NCBI GenBank assembly: GCA_041615815.1
Contig: JBFJCP010000003.1
Span: forward strand, 96,001 to 160,000
Direction of reading: 5' to 3'
Length of the DNA stretch: 64,000 nucleotides
Origin: Gemmatimonadales bacterium
GTDB taxonomy: Bacteria > Gemmatimonadota > Gemmatimonadetes > Gemmatimonadales > GWC2-71-9
Below are positions 29,691 through 39,821 of this stretch, one piece after another (position 1 is the stretch's first letter; each line of letters starts with the position of its first letter). Made by a program: the position numbers and the translations under genes. The notes beneath the pieces are model-generated. The model had not been told where the DNA came from. It made no database searches and was given only the letters and a program-made list of their open reading frames with translations.

Positions 29691-30350
29691 TTAGCCCGAT
29701 TCCTCCTCGTCCGGCGTCATCGCCACGCGGACGCGTGCCGGTCGCAGCAGCACATCGCCAAACCGATACCCGACCTGCAGCACGGCAGCGACGGTGCCGT
29801 CGTCGTCGGGTGAGGACGCCGGAACCGTCCCCACCGCCTCGTGCCATTGCGGGTCGAAGCGCTCACCGGCCTGCCCGATCCGAGCCAGCCCGGCTGTCTC
29901 GAGGTCGCGCAAGAGCTTCCGTTCGACGAGGCGCACACCCTCCAAGACGTCCTGGACCGAGGCTTGTGCCGCATCGAACTCCGTCACCCGCCCCATGTCA
30001 TCCAAGGCGTCCAAGGTGTTGGCCACGACCTCCGCTTGCGCGCGAGCGCGGATCTCCTGGCGCTCCCGGGTCACCCGCTTGCGGAAGTTGTCGAACTCGG
30101 CGGCCAGCCGCAGATAGCGGTCCTGGACCTCATCCACCTCGGCCGTCAGCCGGCGGATCGCCTCGTCGGCCGGCTCGACCAGCGCCGCACCGCCATCGGC
30201 GGGCGGTCCGTCCGTAGCAGGCCCCGCCTCCTCCGGCGAAACGCCTTCTTCGCGGAATTGTGCGGAGCTATCCTCGGGAGGCGCCTGATCGGCAGGGGCT
30301 GAGGCCTGCTGCGCGTCGTATCGGTCCTGCGGCATATTTCGCTCGCTCAT
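29691..30350 (-). CDS. grpE: Nucleotide exchange factor GrpE
   Basis: YLRLAAEFDNFRKR, GERFDP..HEAV, GYRFGDVLLRPARV.V. Confidence 0.95.
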   Translation of the reverse strand: MSERNMPQDRYDAQQASAPADQAPPEDSSAQFREEGVSPEEAGPATDGPPADGGAALVEPADEAIRRLTAEVDEVQDRYLRLAAEFDNFRKRVTRERQEIRARAQAEVVANTLDALDDMGRVTEFDAAQASVQDVLEGVRLVERKLLRDLETAGLARIGQAGERFDPQWHEAVGTVPASSPDDDGTVAAVLQVGYRFGDVLLRPARVRVAMTPDEEESG

Positions 30351-30469
30351 TCGTGCACGCTACCCTCTATTTTACAATGACTTACGCGTTCTCAATCTAA
30401 CCAGAAGAACGCAAGGTGCATACCGCCACAAATCTGCCAGTTTGACTCGTGACCTCCGTGCCCGTTCTA

Positions 30470-31744
30470 CTACGGCCCACCGGCCGCCTTGGCTTCACCG
30501 TGTGCGAGGCGCACGAGGTTGAGGGCGGCCTGAGCCGCCCGCCCGCGGATCTGGTCGCGGCCTCCAGGGAGTCGCACAGAAACCGTACGGCGGACGTTAC
30601 GGACCCGCGCGGAAAGGCAGACCGTGCCAACCGGCTTCTCCAGCGTACCCCCTGAGGGACCGGCGATGCCCGTGACCGCGACCCCGGCATCAGCGCCGAA
30701 CCGGCGGAGGGCCCCGTCCACCATTGCCTCCGCCACGACCTCGCTCACGGCGCCGTGCGCTTCGATCAGCTCCGCGGGGACGCCCAGGTCATGGATCTTG
30801 GACTCGTTCGCGTAACTAATGACGCCACCCACGAACACCGCTGAGGATCCTGGAATGGCCGTGAGGCGGCTCCCGACGAGCCCCCCGGTGCAGGACTCGG
30901 CCACGCAAAGTCGGAGTCCGTCCCGGCACAGCAGCTCCAGGACCACCGCCGCGAGGTCGTCGTCGTCCGCGCCATACCAGCATGTCCCGAGGTGGGCCCG
31001 CGCGGCGGAGATTGCTCGCTCGAGCGCGCGATCCGCGCGGTCAGGGGGCTGTCCCCACACCGTGAACCGCAGATCGACCCCCCCGATCTGAGGAAGGTAT
31101 GCCAGCGTCGCCGGCGCCAGGGTGGCTTCGAGCTCGCCGAGTATTTCCGCCAGTCGTGATTCTGCAATGCCGGTCGTCCGCAGTATCCGGGAGCGAATGA
31201 CGCGCAACGGCCCGCCCGACCGTTGAAGCCGGTCTTCCAGCCGGGGGACCACTTCGTCCCGCATGAGCGCCCGCATCTCAAACGGCACCCCAGGCAGGAG
31301 GACCGCGGTGCCCGGTGGACCTTCCATCCAGAGCCCGGGAGCGGTGCCTTTCCGATTGGGCAGGACGGTGGCGCCGCGGGGGACCTCTGCCTGACATCGG
31401 TTGGTCTCCGGCATTGGCCCCCGGCCCATCGCGGCAAACCGTTCGCGGAGCCTTTCGAGATAGGCCTCGTCGAGCTCCAGGGGGGCGTCGAAGATATCTG
31501 CGATCGCCCGTTTGGTTACGTCGTCCTTTGTCGGTCCTAGGCCACCGGTTGTGATAACGAACCCCGACCGCCGGAGGGCACCTGCCACGGCCTCGTGGAT
31601 CGCCGGCCCCGCGTCCCCGACGGTGGTATGACCGGCGACCCGCGCGCCCACCGCCGCCACGGCTTGCGCGATTTCGGCTGCGTTGCTGTCGAGAGTGAAC
31701 CCGAGCAGGAGCTCGGTTCCGATGGTGACGATCTCAAGATCCAT
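30470..31744 (-). CDS. cinA: Competence/damage-inducible protein A (CinA + PncC)
   Basis: IGTELLLG, TGGLGPTKDD.T, AESCTGG, GAVS, TGIAGP. Confidence 0.95.
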   Translation of the reverse strand: MDLEIVTIGTELLLGFTLDSNAAEIAQAVAAVGARVAGHTTVGDAGPAIHEAVAGALRRSGFVITTGGLGPTKDDVTKRAIADIFDAPLELDEAYLERLRERFAAMGRGPMPETNRCQAEVPRGATVLPNRKGTAPGLWMEGPPGTAVLLPGVPFEMRALMRDEVVPRLEDRLQRSGGPLRVIRSRILRTTGIAESRLAEILGELEATLAPATLAYLPQIGGVDLRFTVWGQPPDRADRALERAISAARAHLGTCWYGADDDDLAAVVLELLCRDGLRLCVAESCTGGLVGSRLTAIPGSSAVFVGGVISYANESKIHDLGVPAELIEAHGAVSEVVAEAMVDGALRRFGADAGVAVTGIAGPSGGTLEKPVGTVCLSARVRNVRRTVSVRLPGGRDQIRGRAAQAALNLVRLAHGEAKAAGGP

Positions 31745-32402
31745 CGCCGGGGGCGCTACCCCCCGCGGGGGTGCTGCGGAAGAGCCGGCGGTAGCGGTAC
31801 ATGTAGACGGCCAGGGAATACGCCGTCAGCAGCACGGCGCCGGCCAAGGTGATGGCCACGAGCGCACCGTGAAACCGATCCCACAGCGCGCCCAACCACC
31901 CCCGCTCCCACCCGAAGGCCACCCGCATGTCTTTCCATGCGAACCACGCAATCGTGGCGCCAATGAAGATGTCCTGCACGATCGTCTTCGCCTTCCCGGC
32001 TCCCCCGGCCGCGATGACCACCCCTCGCCGCTTGGCAAGCTGGCGGAACAGCGTCATCACGACCTCGCGACCAATCAGCAGGATGGCGACCCACAGCGGG
32101 AGGCTACCCCACCACGGGATCTCATACTCATGCATCGGGTACCTGGTGATCCAATAGATGGGGATCAAGGTGGCAAACAGCAGCAACTTGTCCGCCAGCG
32201 GATCCAACAGCTTGCCGAGGTCGGTAATCTGATCCCGCTCGCGGGCGAGCCGGCCGTCATAGATATCGCTAATGGCGGCAGCCAAGAACACCACGAAGGC
32301 AATCAACTTGGGCAGATATCCGGTGATGAAGGGGAGGAGAGCAATCACCGGTGCCAGCGCGATGCGCGTGACGGTCAGAATGTTGGGCAGCGTCCAGATC
32401 AT
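31734..32402 (-). CDS. pgsA: CDP-diacylglycerol--glycerol-3-phosphate phosphatidyltransferase
   Basis: LPNILT..R, SDIYDGRLAR..ITDLGKLLDPLADK; conserved pgsA-cinA adjacency. Confidence 0.88.
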   Translation of the reverse strand: MIWTLPNILTVTRIALAPVIALLPFITGYLPKLIAFVVFLAAAISDIYDGRLARERDQITDLGKLLDPLADKLLLFATLIPIYWITRYPMHEYEIPWWGSLPLWVAILLIGREVVMTLFRQLAKRRGVVIAAGGAGKAKTIVQDIFIGATIAWFAWKDMRVAFGWERGWLGALWDRFHGALVAITLAGAVLLTAYSLAVYMYRYRRLFRSTPAGGSAPGDGS

Positions 32403-32551
32403 TTGCACTTCCATCACCGCGGTCCGGGTTCCGTTTCCTGCTGCCCTGCGCCCACCCCCCCTAATTTACATCCCCCGCACCCCCGGGCCTCCAACATTCC
32501 GCGTGAAGCTCATTTCAGAATTCTCACCGCCCATCCTCCCCTCTGTGCGGG

Positions 32552-33226
32552 CTAGCTCAGCGTCTTGAGCACCATCTTGGCCACGGCGCGGAGGGTGTCG
32601 AACACTCCATCACCCGTGACCGCGACCGATTCGAAGAAGGGTACCCGCTCGATCCACGTCCCGTTCACTTGGTGGATCAGCATCTCACCGTTGTTGAAGG
32701 GGTCCGGCGTGGGCTTCTGCTTAGCCGGGTCTTCCACCGGCCAGCCGGGATTGAGCGCGTCCTGCAGCGTCGTGACGGGCGCCGCATTGGGAAGATCTCG
32801 TTTGTTGTATTGAATGGCGAAGGGGATCTTGGTGAGATCGTAACCGTACTCCGCCATGTTGTCATACAGGTTTTGCATGGACTCGATGTTCGCTTCCATG
32901 CGTTCCATCTGACTGTCGGCAACGAAAATGACGCCGTCGACCCCTTTGAGAATCAACTTCCGCGAGGCGTTGTAATAGACCTGCCCAGGGACGGTATAGA
33001 GATGGAATCGCGTCTTGAACCCGCGGATGGTGCCGAGGTCGACGGGAAGAAAGTCGAAGAACAGGGTTCGCTCGGTTTCCGTGGCCAGCGATACCATCTT
33101 TCCGCGGGTCTCCGGCGCGAGCTTCCCAAAGATGTGCTCGAGGTTCGTCGTCTTGCCGCCCAGACCGGGACCGTAATAGACCAACTTACAGTTGATCTCC
33201 CGCGAGGCGTAGTTGATCATCGACAT
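32552..33226 (-). CDS. mglA: MglA small Ras-like GTPase
   Basis: [47 protein letters not shown]. Confidence 0.95.
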   Translation of the reverse strand: MSMINYASREINCKLVYYGPGLGGKTTNLEHIFGKLAPETRGKMVSLATETERTLFFDFLPVDLGTIRGFKTRFHLYTVPGQVYYNASRKLILKGVDGVIFVADSQMERMEANIESMQNLYDNMAEYGYDLTKIPFAIQYNKRDLPNAAPVTTLQDALNPGWPVEDPAKQKPTPDPFNNGEMLIHQVNGTWIERVPFFESVAVTGDGVFDTLRAVAKMVLKTLS

Positions 33227-33247
33227 CAGTAACCGCGCCTCCCTCGA

Positions 33248-33745
33248 CTACTCCCCAAAAAGTCGGTCGATCTCGTCCTCGGCCCCCTCCAGCAGTCCGG
33301 CACCCGGCCGGCGCTGATCGTCCGCGGAGGGGGTACGGCTGAACATCTCTTCGAACAGCTTCGACAGCTCGAGGACCGTCTGTTTGACCCGGAGCCGGAC
33401 CATACCCACCGTCGTTCGCTGATCGAAGAGTACTACCAGAATCACGCGCCTTGCGATATCCGCCAGGTACATCGATTCTTTCTCGCCCTGATGAAACAGT
33501 GATGCAAACTCGGGCTCGCCGATCATCTTTGCCAATTGATCGTTGGCGCTGAAATCCGCCGCCGTGAGCGAGGCAAAGGCGGTCGGATCGAACGACAGAC
33601 GCTCACCGGCATTCGCGAGGAGCTGGCCGGTCCGATCGACGAGCAACGCGCAGCGCGCGTTTGACTCCTTGAGGAACATCGTCAGATGTTCCGTGATCCG
33701 GTGGTAGTCACGCTCGTCGAGCGACCAGGTACCAGCACCTGCCAT
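33248..33745 (-). CDS. mglB: MglB Roadblock/LC7 GAP
   Basis: ALLVDRTGQL, ASLTAADF.A..LAKMIGE.EFASLFHQGE, GMVRLRVK, EIDRLF. Confidence 0.93.
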   Translation of the reverse strand: MAGAGTWSLDERDYHRITEHLTMFLKESNARCALLVDRTGQLLANAGERLSFDPTAFASLTAADFSANDQLAKMIGEPEFASLFHQGEKESMYLADIARRVILVVLFDQRTTVGMVRLRVKQTVLELSKLFEEMFSRTPSADDQRRPGAGLLEGAEDEIDRLFGE

Positions 33746-33756
33746 GTATCTCTCGC

Positions 33757-34029
33757 TTACCCGAGTTTTGTTTCCATGCGCCGGATGATCGTTTCCGCCC
33801 GTCGGCGGAGGATGGGATGTTGCTCCCAAGCCAGGTAATCGCGCAAAAGACGTACCGCCTCCACGCTCGGATGCCCGTTGAGATAACCTAAGGCGGACAG
33901 GCGACGCAATGGATGTCCGCTGAAGAGGTTGCGACGGTACTTGCCCATCGAGTGCTGCGCCAGTACGGCTCCCAGTAAGGAGCCCACACCAAACGCGAGC
34001 AGTGCCGCCTTGGTTTTGCGGCCAATCAT
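33757..34029 (-). CDS. Small hypothetical protein (TM helix + HEAT-like helices)
   Basis: 90 aa; ATG overlaps the recR stop; hydrophobic N-terminus, then RRLSALGYL..LLRDYLAWE. Confidence 0.7.
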   Translation of the reverse strand: MIGRKTKAALLAFGVGSLLGAVLAQHSMGKYRRNLFSGHPLRRLSALGYLNGHPSVEAVRLLRDYLAWEQHPILRRRAETIIRRMETKLG

Positions 34030-34622
34030 GGCGTCATCTCCCGTCGCGCGGCAAGCGCCTGCGCAATGGTCACACCGTCGGCATATTCGAGATCGCCGCC
34101 CACTGGCAGCCCAAGGGCGATCCGCGTCACCCGCACGCCGCTCTGGGCCAACATCTCTCGCACATACGTGGCGGTCACCTCGCCTTCCATCGACGGATTC
34201 GTCGCCACGATCACTTCCCGCACGGCTCCACCGTTGGCGAGACGGCCCCGCAGGCTCGCAAGACGCAACTCATCGGGTCCGATCCCGTCGAGCGGCGACA
34301 GGTGTCCACCCAGCACGTGGTACCGACCGCGATACTCCCCCGTGCGCTCGATGGGCAAAATGTCCGACGCCTCCTCCACGACACACAACACCGAGCCGTC
34401 CCGTCGTGGATCGGCACAGATGGGGCAGGGATCGGCCTCGCTGAGATTCCCGCACTCCGAGCATGGCTGGACGCGCTCGGCGATACCCCGGATGGCCTCT
34501 GCCAGCCGGGCGACGGTTTCGGGCGGCTGTTTGAGCAGAAAGTACGTCAGGCGCGTCGCCGTCTTTCGCCCGATGCCCGGCAGCTTGGACAGCTCGCCGG
34601 TGAGCTCATCGATCGCCGACAC
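34026..34622 (-). CDS. recR: Recombination mediator RecR
   Basis: LPGIGRKTA.RL, C4 zinc finger, CVVEE, YHVLGG.LSP, ATNPSMEGE, GLPVGGDLEYAD. Confidence 0.97.
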   Translation of the reverse strand: MSAIDELTGELSKLPGIGRKTATRLTYFLLKQPPETVARLAEAIRGIAERVQPCSECGNLSEADPCPICADPRRDGSVLCVVEEASDILPIERTGEYRGRYHVLGGHLSPLDGIGPDELRLASLRGRLANGGAVREVIVATNPSMEGEVTATYVREMLAQSGVRVTRIALGLPVGGDLEYADGVTIAQALAARREMTP

Positions 34623-34626
34623 GCGC

Positions 34627-34944
34627 TCAGAGCGGCAACTGAAACGGCAACGGCAGTCCGCCCGTGACCTTGCTCAACTCGGCTCGGTACAGCTCTTCGG
34701 CTTTGCGCTGTGCATCGCTCACGGCCGCCAGCACCAGGTCCTCGAGCATCTCGACGTCCCCGTCGGCGGCGGCCGCGGGGTCGATCTGGATCGTGCGAAT
34801 CTGTCCTCGGCCATCGGCAGTGGCTTTCACCATCCCGCCTCCGGCCGAGCCGGTCACCGTCCGCTGCGCCAGCTCGGTCTGCATCTGGGTAATGCGGCCC
34901 TGCATCTGCTGTCCGAGCTGAAGGAGTTGTGAGAGGTCCGCCAT
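34627..34944 (-). CDS. ybaB: YbaB/EbfC nucleoid-associated protein
   Basis: QQMQ..MQ..L, GSAGGGMV, D.EMLEDLVLAA. Confidence 0.93.
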   Translation of the reverse strand: MADLSQLLQLGQQMQGRITQMQTELAQRTVTGSAGGGMVKATADGRGQIRTIQIDPAAAADGDVEMLEDLVLAAVSDAQRKAEELYRAELSKVTGGLPLPFQLPL

Positions 34945-35042
34945 CGCGTCGTGCTCGATTCTCTTCTCGGAAAGGCTCGAATTTGTGCAAGCTACCCTGG
35001 CCTCAGGGACGCCGCAAGCAACCACGTCACACCGAGTTTAAG

Positions 35043-36698
35043 TCATTCCAGGAGTTCGAGATCCAGCGCATCCGCCACGGTGTCGAGCGCCGGGTCCTTC
35101 GCCCGCCATGACTTGACGCGCTCCTCCTGATCGCCCGTACGGCTGAGCCGCTGTGGCTCGGCCTGGGAGGTGGGGGTTTCGCCTTGCTCGTCTGGGCGGC
35201 ACTCGACACGGAGGCGCCACCCCGTGACCCGCTGAATCGCCGTGCCGATCAGGGCGGTACTCTGCTGCAGGCCCTGAAGATGGACATCGCTCTGGGTCAC
35301 TTCGAGGGTCACGCCATGCGCCGTGACTGCCACCGGCCGAGCGTGGGCGAGCGCCTCCCGCACCATACGCCGTTTCTGCCCTACGGCCTCCAGCACGGCG
35401 GGCCACACCGCTTCGAGCCCCGTCACGGACGGGGGGTCTCCCGGCGTCGGCGGTGCGGGCGCCGCCGCGCGTGGGGCCCGGCTCGCACCCGCCGTCTGTT
35501 TGGGACGCGGCACCCGAGAGACCGGTTCCGCTGGCGCATCTCGCCGGGTGACACCGAGGGCATCGAGCACAGCCTGAATCTCCACCGTGCGGTCGAGGAG
35601 CGACCACTGCACGAGGAGCGTTTCCACGTGCAGACGGACGTTCGGACTTCGCCGGATCAGGACCTCGGTCTCGCCAAAAAGCCTCAGCATTCGCAACACG
35701 TCTCCCTCGCCACACCGCTCCGCGTTCCGCCGGACCGCGCTCCGAAGGACCTCGCTCACGCCCTCGGCTTGCGCACCGACGATGTGCAGGAGGAGCGCCC
35801 GCAGGGCCTCACCGGCTCCGTTGGTGAACTCGATCAGGTCGGCACCGGCTTCGACGAGCCGGGCCACGAAGGGGAAGACGTCCGCCGTGCGGCCTTCCAC
35901 GACAATGTCCAGCAATTCGGCATAGACCTCGTCGTCGATGAGCCCCAGGGCATCCCGCACCCGCGTCGCCGTCACGGCACCCTCTCCGAACGCCAACGTC
36001 TGATCCAGCAGCGACAGAGCATCCCGCAACGCGCCGGAGGCTACCCGGGCAATCAGCTGCGCCGCATCGTCCTCCAGCACGATGTTCTCCGCCTTCGCAA
36101 CGTATTGCAGGCGCTCGGTGATTGCCTGCGGCCCGATCCGCCGAAAATCGAAGCGTTGCACCCGGCTGAGGACCGGTGCGGCGGTATTGGCAATCTTTTG
36201 GGGTTCGGTGGTTGCGAACACGAACACGACCCGCGCGGGTGGCTCCTCCAGAATCTTGAGCAGCGCATTCCACGCTTCCCTGGTCAACATGTGCGCTTCG
36301 TCGATGATGTACGCCTTGTAGCGTTCCGCACCGCTGGCCGCATACATGGCCCGCTCACGAAGGTCACGAGCATCATCGACACCCCGATTGCTGGCGGCGT
36401 CGATCTCGACGACGTCGAGGTTGGCGGCGCCGGACCAGATCCGGTGGCAGGAATCACATGCGCCACAGGGCTCGCCCGGGGGTGCGGCATCCGTCCCTCG
36501 GCGCTCGCAGTTGAGGGACATGGCCAAGATCCGCGCCGCAGAGGTCTTCCCCACGCCCCGAGGACCCGTGAGCAGGTACGCGTGGGCGACACGGTCCTTG
36601 GCTACGGCACCCGTGAGTCCGGCCGCCACGTGTTCTTGCGCGACGAGTCCGGAGAAACGGGTTGGTCGATACTTCCGGGCGAGTGCAGTACGTGTCAT
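35043..36698 (-). CDS. dnaX: DNA polymerase III subunit gamma/tau
   Basis: ALARKYRP, GPRGVGKT, EIDAASNRG, IIDEAHML, NALLKILEEPP. Confidence 0.96.
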   Translation of the reverse strand: MTRTALARKYRPTRFSGLVAQEHVAAGLTGAVAKDRVAHAYLLTGPRGVGKTSAARILAMSLNCERRGTDAAPPGEPCGACDSCHRIWSGAANLDVVEIDAASNRGVDDARDLRERAMYAASGAERYKAYIIDEAHMLTREAWNALLKILEEPPARVVFVFATTEPQKIANTAAPVLSRVQRFDFRRIGPQAITERLQYVAKAENIVLEDDAAQLIARVASGALRDALSLLDQTLAFGEGAVTATRVRDALGLIDDEVYAELLDIVVEGRTADVFPFVARLVEAGADLIEFTNGAGEALRALLLHIVGAQAEGVSEVLRSAVRRNAERCGEGDVLRMLRLFGETEVLIRRSPNVRLHVETLLVQWSLLDRTVEIQAVLDALGVTRRDAPAEPVSRVPRPKQTAGASRAPRAAAPAPPTPGDPPSVTGLEAVWPAVLEAVGQKRRMVREALAHARPVAVTAHGVTLEVTQSDVHLQGLQQSTALIGTAIQRVTGWRLRVECRPDEQGETPTSQAEPQRLSRTGDQEERVKSWRAKDPALDTVADALDLELLE

Positions 36699-36709
36699 GA
36701 GAGGTAAAC

Positions 36710-36806
36710 GCCCCAGGCTCCCCGAAGCGACGCCGACCATCGCTTAGCGCTGCTACCTTCACGGTCCTGACGCGGTTCGCGCGCCTGCGCCCTCCGGACC
36801 TGGGGC
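36710..36806 (-). ncRNA. ffs: Signal recognition particle RNA (small bacterial SRP, 4.5S)
   Basis: Minus strand GCCCCAGG...GAACCGCGTCAGGACCGTGAAGGTAGCAGC...CCTGGGGC: conserved domain IV, terminal stem, and position upstream of dnaX. Confidence 0.9.
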
Positions 36807-36939
36807 ATGCGAAAGCTAGTGAACCGACAGGTGATGGCAAAGTGGAGAGACCAAAGCGGCAGCAGTGGACGCCGTATCGCTGCCGCTGCGGCCCGCGCGC
36901 TCGTTGCTGCGCACGAGGCGAGTGGCGAGGCGTGGCCAC

Positions 36940-38388
36940 TCACCGATGCCCACCCCACTTGGACCACGTCCCGGGAATGAAGAGCACCAGCAGTGTGTAG
37001 AACTCCAGCCGCCCCAGCAGCATGAGCGCGGATAGGATGAGATGGGCTGCCCCTCCGAGATCGCCATAGTGGGAGGCCGGGCCCACCGCTCCCAACCCTG
37101 GCCCAATACTCGACATCGCCGCCAGGGACGCACTCGTGGCGGTCACGATGTCGTTCCCCAAGACGGTCAACAGGATCGTTCCCAGGCCGTGGGTAAGCAT
37201 GTATAACGCCAGAAACGCCAGAACGTTTGCCATGATGTCCGACCGGATCGTGCGTCGCCCGAGCTTCGTCGCGATCACGGCGCGCGGGTGGAGCACTTTG
37301 CGCACCTCGCTGGCAGCATGTTTCAGCACGACGACCGACCGGACGACCTTGAAGCCGCCGCCCGTGGACCCCCCCATGGCCCCCACGAACATCAGGCCCA
37401 ACAACAAGACCTGACAGAAGGCCGGCCATGCACCAAAATCGGCGGTCACGAACCCTGTGGTGGTGTGCACCGCAGCGACGTTGAAGAACGCCTCCCGCCA
37501 TCCGTCCACGCCCCAGTCGCCACCCGAGAGTCCCAGCGCCAGAAAGACCGCAGCTGCGGACGCCACCATGATCCCGAAATACCAACGCCACTCGGCGTCG
37601 CGAAACCACGTCCCGGTCTTCCCGGTGAGAAACCGGTAGTTGAGGGTGAAGTTCGTGCCCGCAATCACCATGAATATGATGGTGACCCACTGAATGGCGG
37701 GCCGGTACGCACCGAGGGACGCGGTACGGGTCGAGAACCCGCCCGTGGCCATGGCGCTCATGGCGTGATTGACGGCGTCGAACGTCGACATGCCGAGAAA
37801 CAGATAGATTGCCGCCAAGAGCACCGTGAAGAACGCATAGACGCCCCATAGCAACCGTGCCGTCGATGCAATGCGTGGCTTGAGACGTTCCTCCGGCACT
37901 CCCGGCGCCTCAGCTCTGAACAACTGTGCGCCACCCATGCCGATCAGCGGCAGGATGGCGACCCCCAACACGATGATGCCCATGCCACCCAACCAGTGGG
38001 AAACCGAACGCCAGAGCAGAATGCTGGGGGGGAGGGCCTCGATCTCCGAAAAGACCGTCGCCCCCGTGGTCGTGAAGCCCGAGACCGATTCGAAGACGGC
38101 GGCGGGCACGCTGGGCGCGGTGCCGGTGAAGATGAAGGGCAGGCTGCCCGCCAGCACGACGGCCAACCAGCCCAGGCCCACCACGGCCAGCCCCTCTCGA
38201 GGGTTGATCGAGATCTCACGCGGCGTCGTACGCCACATGAGCCCACCGGCTCCGGCCGTCGTGACGACCGCGCCCGCCCAGGGAAGCACAGAGCCTTCGG
38301 GGATGGCGAAGCCCATGCAAACGAGCATCGCCCCCGCCGTCCACACGAGAAGTGCGCCGACGACGTGAAGGACTTCGAGAACGTTCAC
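36940..38388 (-). CDS. trkH: Trk potassium uptake membrane protein
   Basis: FESVSGFTTTGAT, WLGGMG, TGGFS, GGSTGGG.K, MLLGRLE. Confidence 0.95.
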   Translation of the reverse strand: MNVLEVLHVVGALLVWTAGAMLVCMGFAIPEGSVLPWAGAVVTTAGAGGLMWRTTPREISINPREGLAVVGLGWLAVVLAGSLPFIFTGTAPSVPAAVFESVSGFTTTGATVFSEIEALPPSILLWRSVSHWLGGMGIIVLGVAILPLIGMGGAQLFRAEAPGVPEERLKPRIASTARLLWGVYAFFTVLLAAIYLFLGMSTFDAVNHAMSAMATGGFSTRTASLGAYRPAIQWVTIIFMVIAGTNFTLNYRFLTGKTGTWFRDAEWRWYFGIMVASAAAVFLALGLSGGDWGVDGWREAFFNVAAVHTTTGFVTADFGAWPAFCQVLLLGLMFVGAMGGSTGGGFKVVRSVVVLKHAASEVRKVLHPRAVIATKLGRRTIRSDIMANVLAFLALYMLTHGLGTILLTVLGNDIVTATSASLAAMSSIGPGLGAVGPASHYGDLGGAAHLILSALMLLGRLEFYTLLVLFIPGTWSKWGGHR

Positions 38389-39746
38389 GCGGGGAAGAGC
38401 TTGGTCACCGCCCGAATCGCGTCGGGCAGCGCAAACACGATGGCGGTATCCCCGACCTCGAGCACATCGTGGCCGCGCGGAACGGTCACGTCGGTGCCGC
38501 GGACGATGGCGGCGACGATCGCACCCTCGGGGATATGAGCCTCAGCCAGCGGGAGACCGTGGAGCGGTGACGCGTGGGAAACATGGAACGCAATGGCCTC
38601 GGCGTTGCTGTCCTTGAAGGTCGCAACCCGGGTGACCGTGCCCCGCCTCACGTAGCGGAGAATGGCGTTGGCCGCCGACATCCGGGGACTGACCGCCGCA
38701 TCGAGTCCCACCCGACGGGCCAACGCGATGTATTGCACTTGATTGACGAGCGTGATCACCTGTTTGGCGCCGGCATGTCTGGCCACGAGCGCCGCGAGAA
38801 TGTTCGTTTCGTCGACCTCGGTGAGGGCGACGAAGCCGTCCACCCCACCCACGCCCTCGAGCTCCAGAAGCTCCAGGTCGGTAGCGTTGCCATGGAGAAC
38901 CAGGGCCTTGTCCAAACGCTCTGCCAACTCTTGGGCCCGAGCGCGCTCCTTGACCAGCATGATTGCCTGCACACCATGATGCTGCAAAAGGCGAGCGAGA
39001 TAGAACGCCTCATGGCTGCCACCCGCGATCATGACCCGCTTGAGGCTCGACGGTTGATGCCCGCACAGTTTGAGCGCCGTTCCAATGTCGCTGGCTGCCG
39101 CCACCACATAGAGCTGGTCTCCGGCGAGGACTTCGGTGGAGCCGGAGGGAACGATCGTCTCCCCGTCTCGGTCGATGGCCACCGTCAGCATCGCATGATG
39201 CCCCTCTTCGGCACCGATGTCCGCCAATCGACGCTGGGCGATGGGCGCTCCCTCACTCACTTTCAGACCGATGAATTGCACGGCACCGTCGGCAAACACG
39301 GCGATGTCCGTTGCCGCCGTCGACTGTAACAATCGAATCGTCTCGAGCGCCAACTCCCGCTCGGGATTGATCATGACGTCGACACCAAACCGCTCGGGAT
39401 GCAGGTGCTGCTTTTCGACATAGAAGTCCGGGTTCGACACCCGGGCCACCTTGACCAATTGCGTGCTGCCGCGAGCACTCATGCAGCAAACGAGGTTCAC
39501 CTCGTCCACGTTGGTCACGGCAATCAGCAGGCTCGCCTCCTTGAGACCCGCTCGCTCGAGAACCGCCGGGCTGACACCGCTGCCCTCCAACACCGCGACA
39601 TCCAGGTGGCTGGCCACATAGTCCAAGCGGTCAGCGTCCACATCCACGACGACAACGTCATGATGTTCTGCCGCCAGACGCTCGGCAACATGATACCCGA
39701 CCTCACCTGCTCCGACGACGATGATGCGCATCGACCCGTGGCTCAC
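38385..39746 (-). CDS. trkA: Trk potassium uptake NAD-binding protein
   Basis: IIVVGAGEVG, two RCK domains, VMIAGG. Confidence 0.94.
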   Translation of the reverse strand: MSHGSMRIIVVGAGEVGYHVAERLAAEHHDVVVVDVDADRLDYVASHLDVAVLEGSGVSPAVLERAGLKEASLLIAVTNVDEVNLVCCMSARGSTQLVKVARVSNPDFYVEKQHLHPERFGVDVMINPERELALETIRLLQSTAATDIAVFADGAVQFIGLKVSEGAPIAQRRLADIGAEEGHHAMLTVAIDRDGETIVPSGSTEVLAGDQLYVVAAASDIGTALKLCGHQPSSLKRVMIAGGSHEAFYLARLLQHHGVQAIMLVKERARAQELAERLDKALVLHGNATDLELLELEGVGGVDGFVALTEVDETNILAALVARHAGAKQVITLVNQVQYIALARRVGLDAAVSPRMSAANAILRYVRRGTVTRVATFKDSNAEAIAFHVSHASPLHGLPLAEAHIPEGAIVAAIVRGTDVTVPRGHDVLEVGDTAIVFALPDAIRAVTKLFPA

Positions 39747-39821
39747 TCTCTCCGTCTTGTGGGTTGACGATGGGTGGGCGATGAAGATGCGACGGCGACC
39801 GACGCCGACGCGCCTTCGGCC

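Noticed and set aside
35043..36698. Programmed -1 frameshift site in dnaX
   Set aside because: No A-AAA-AAG or long A-run slippery site seen on the coding strand
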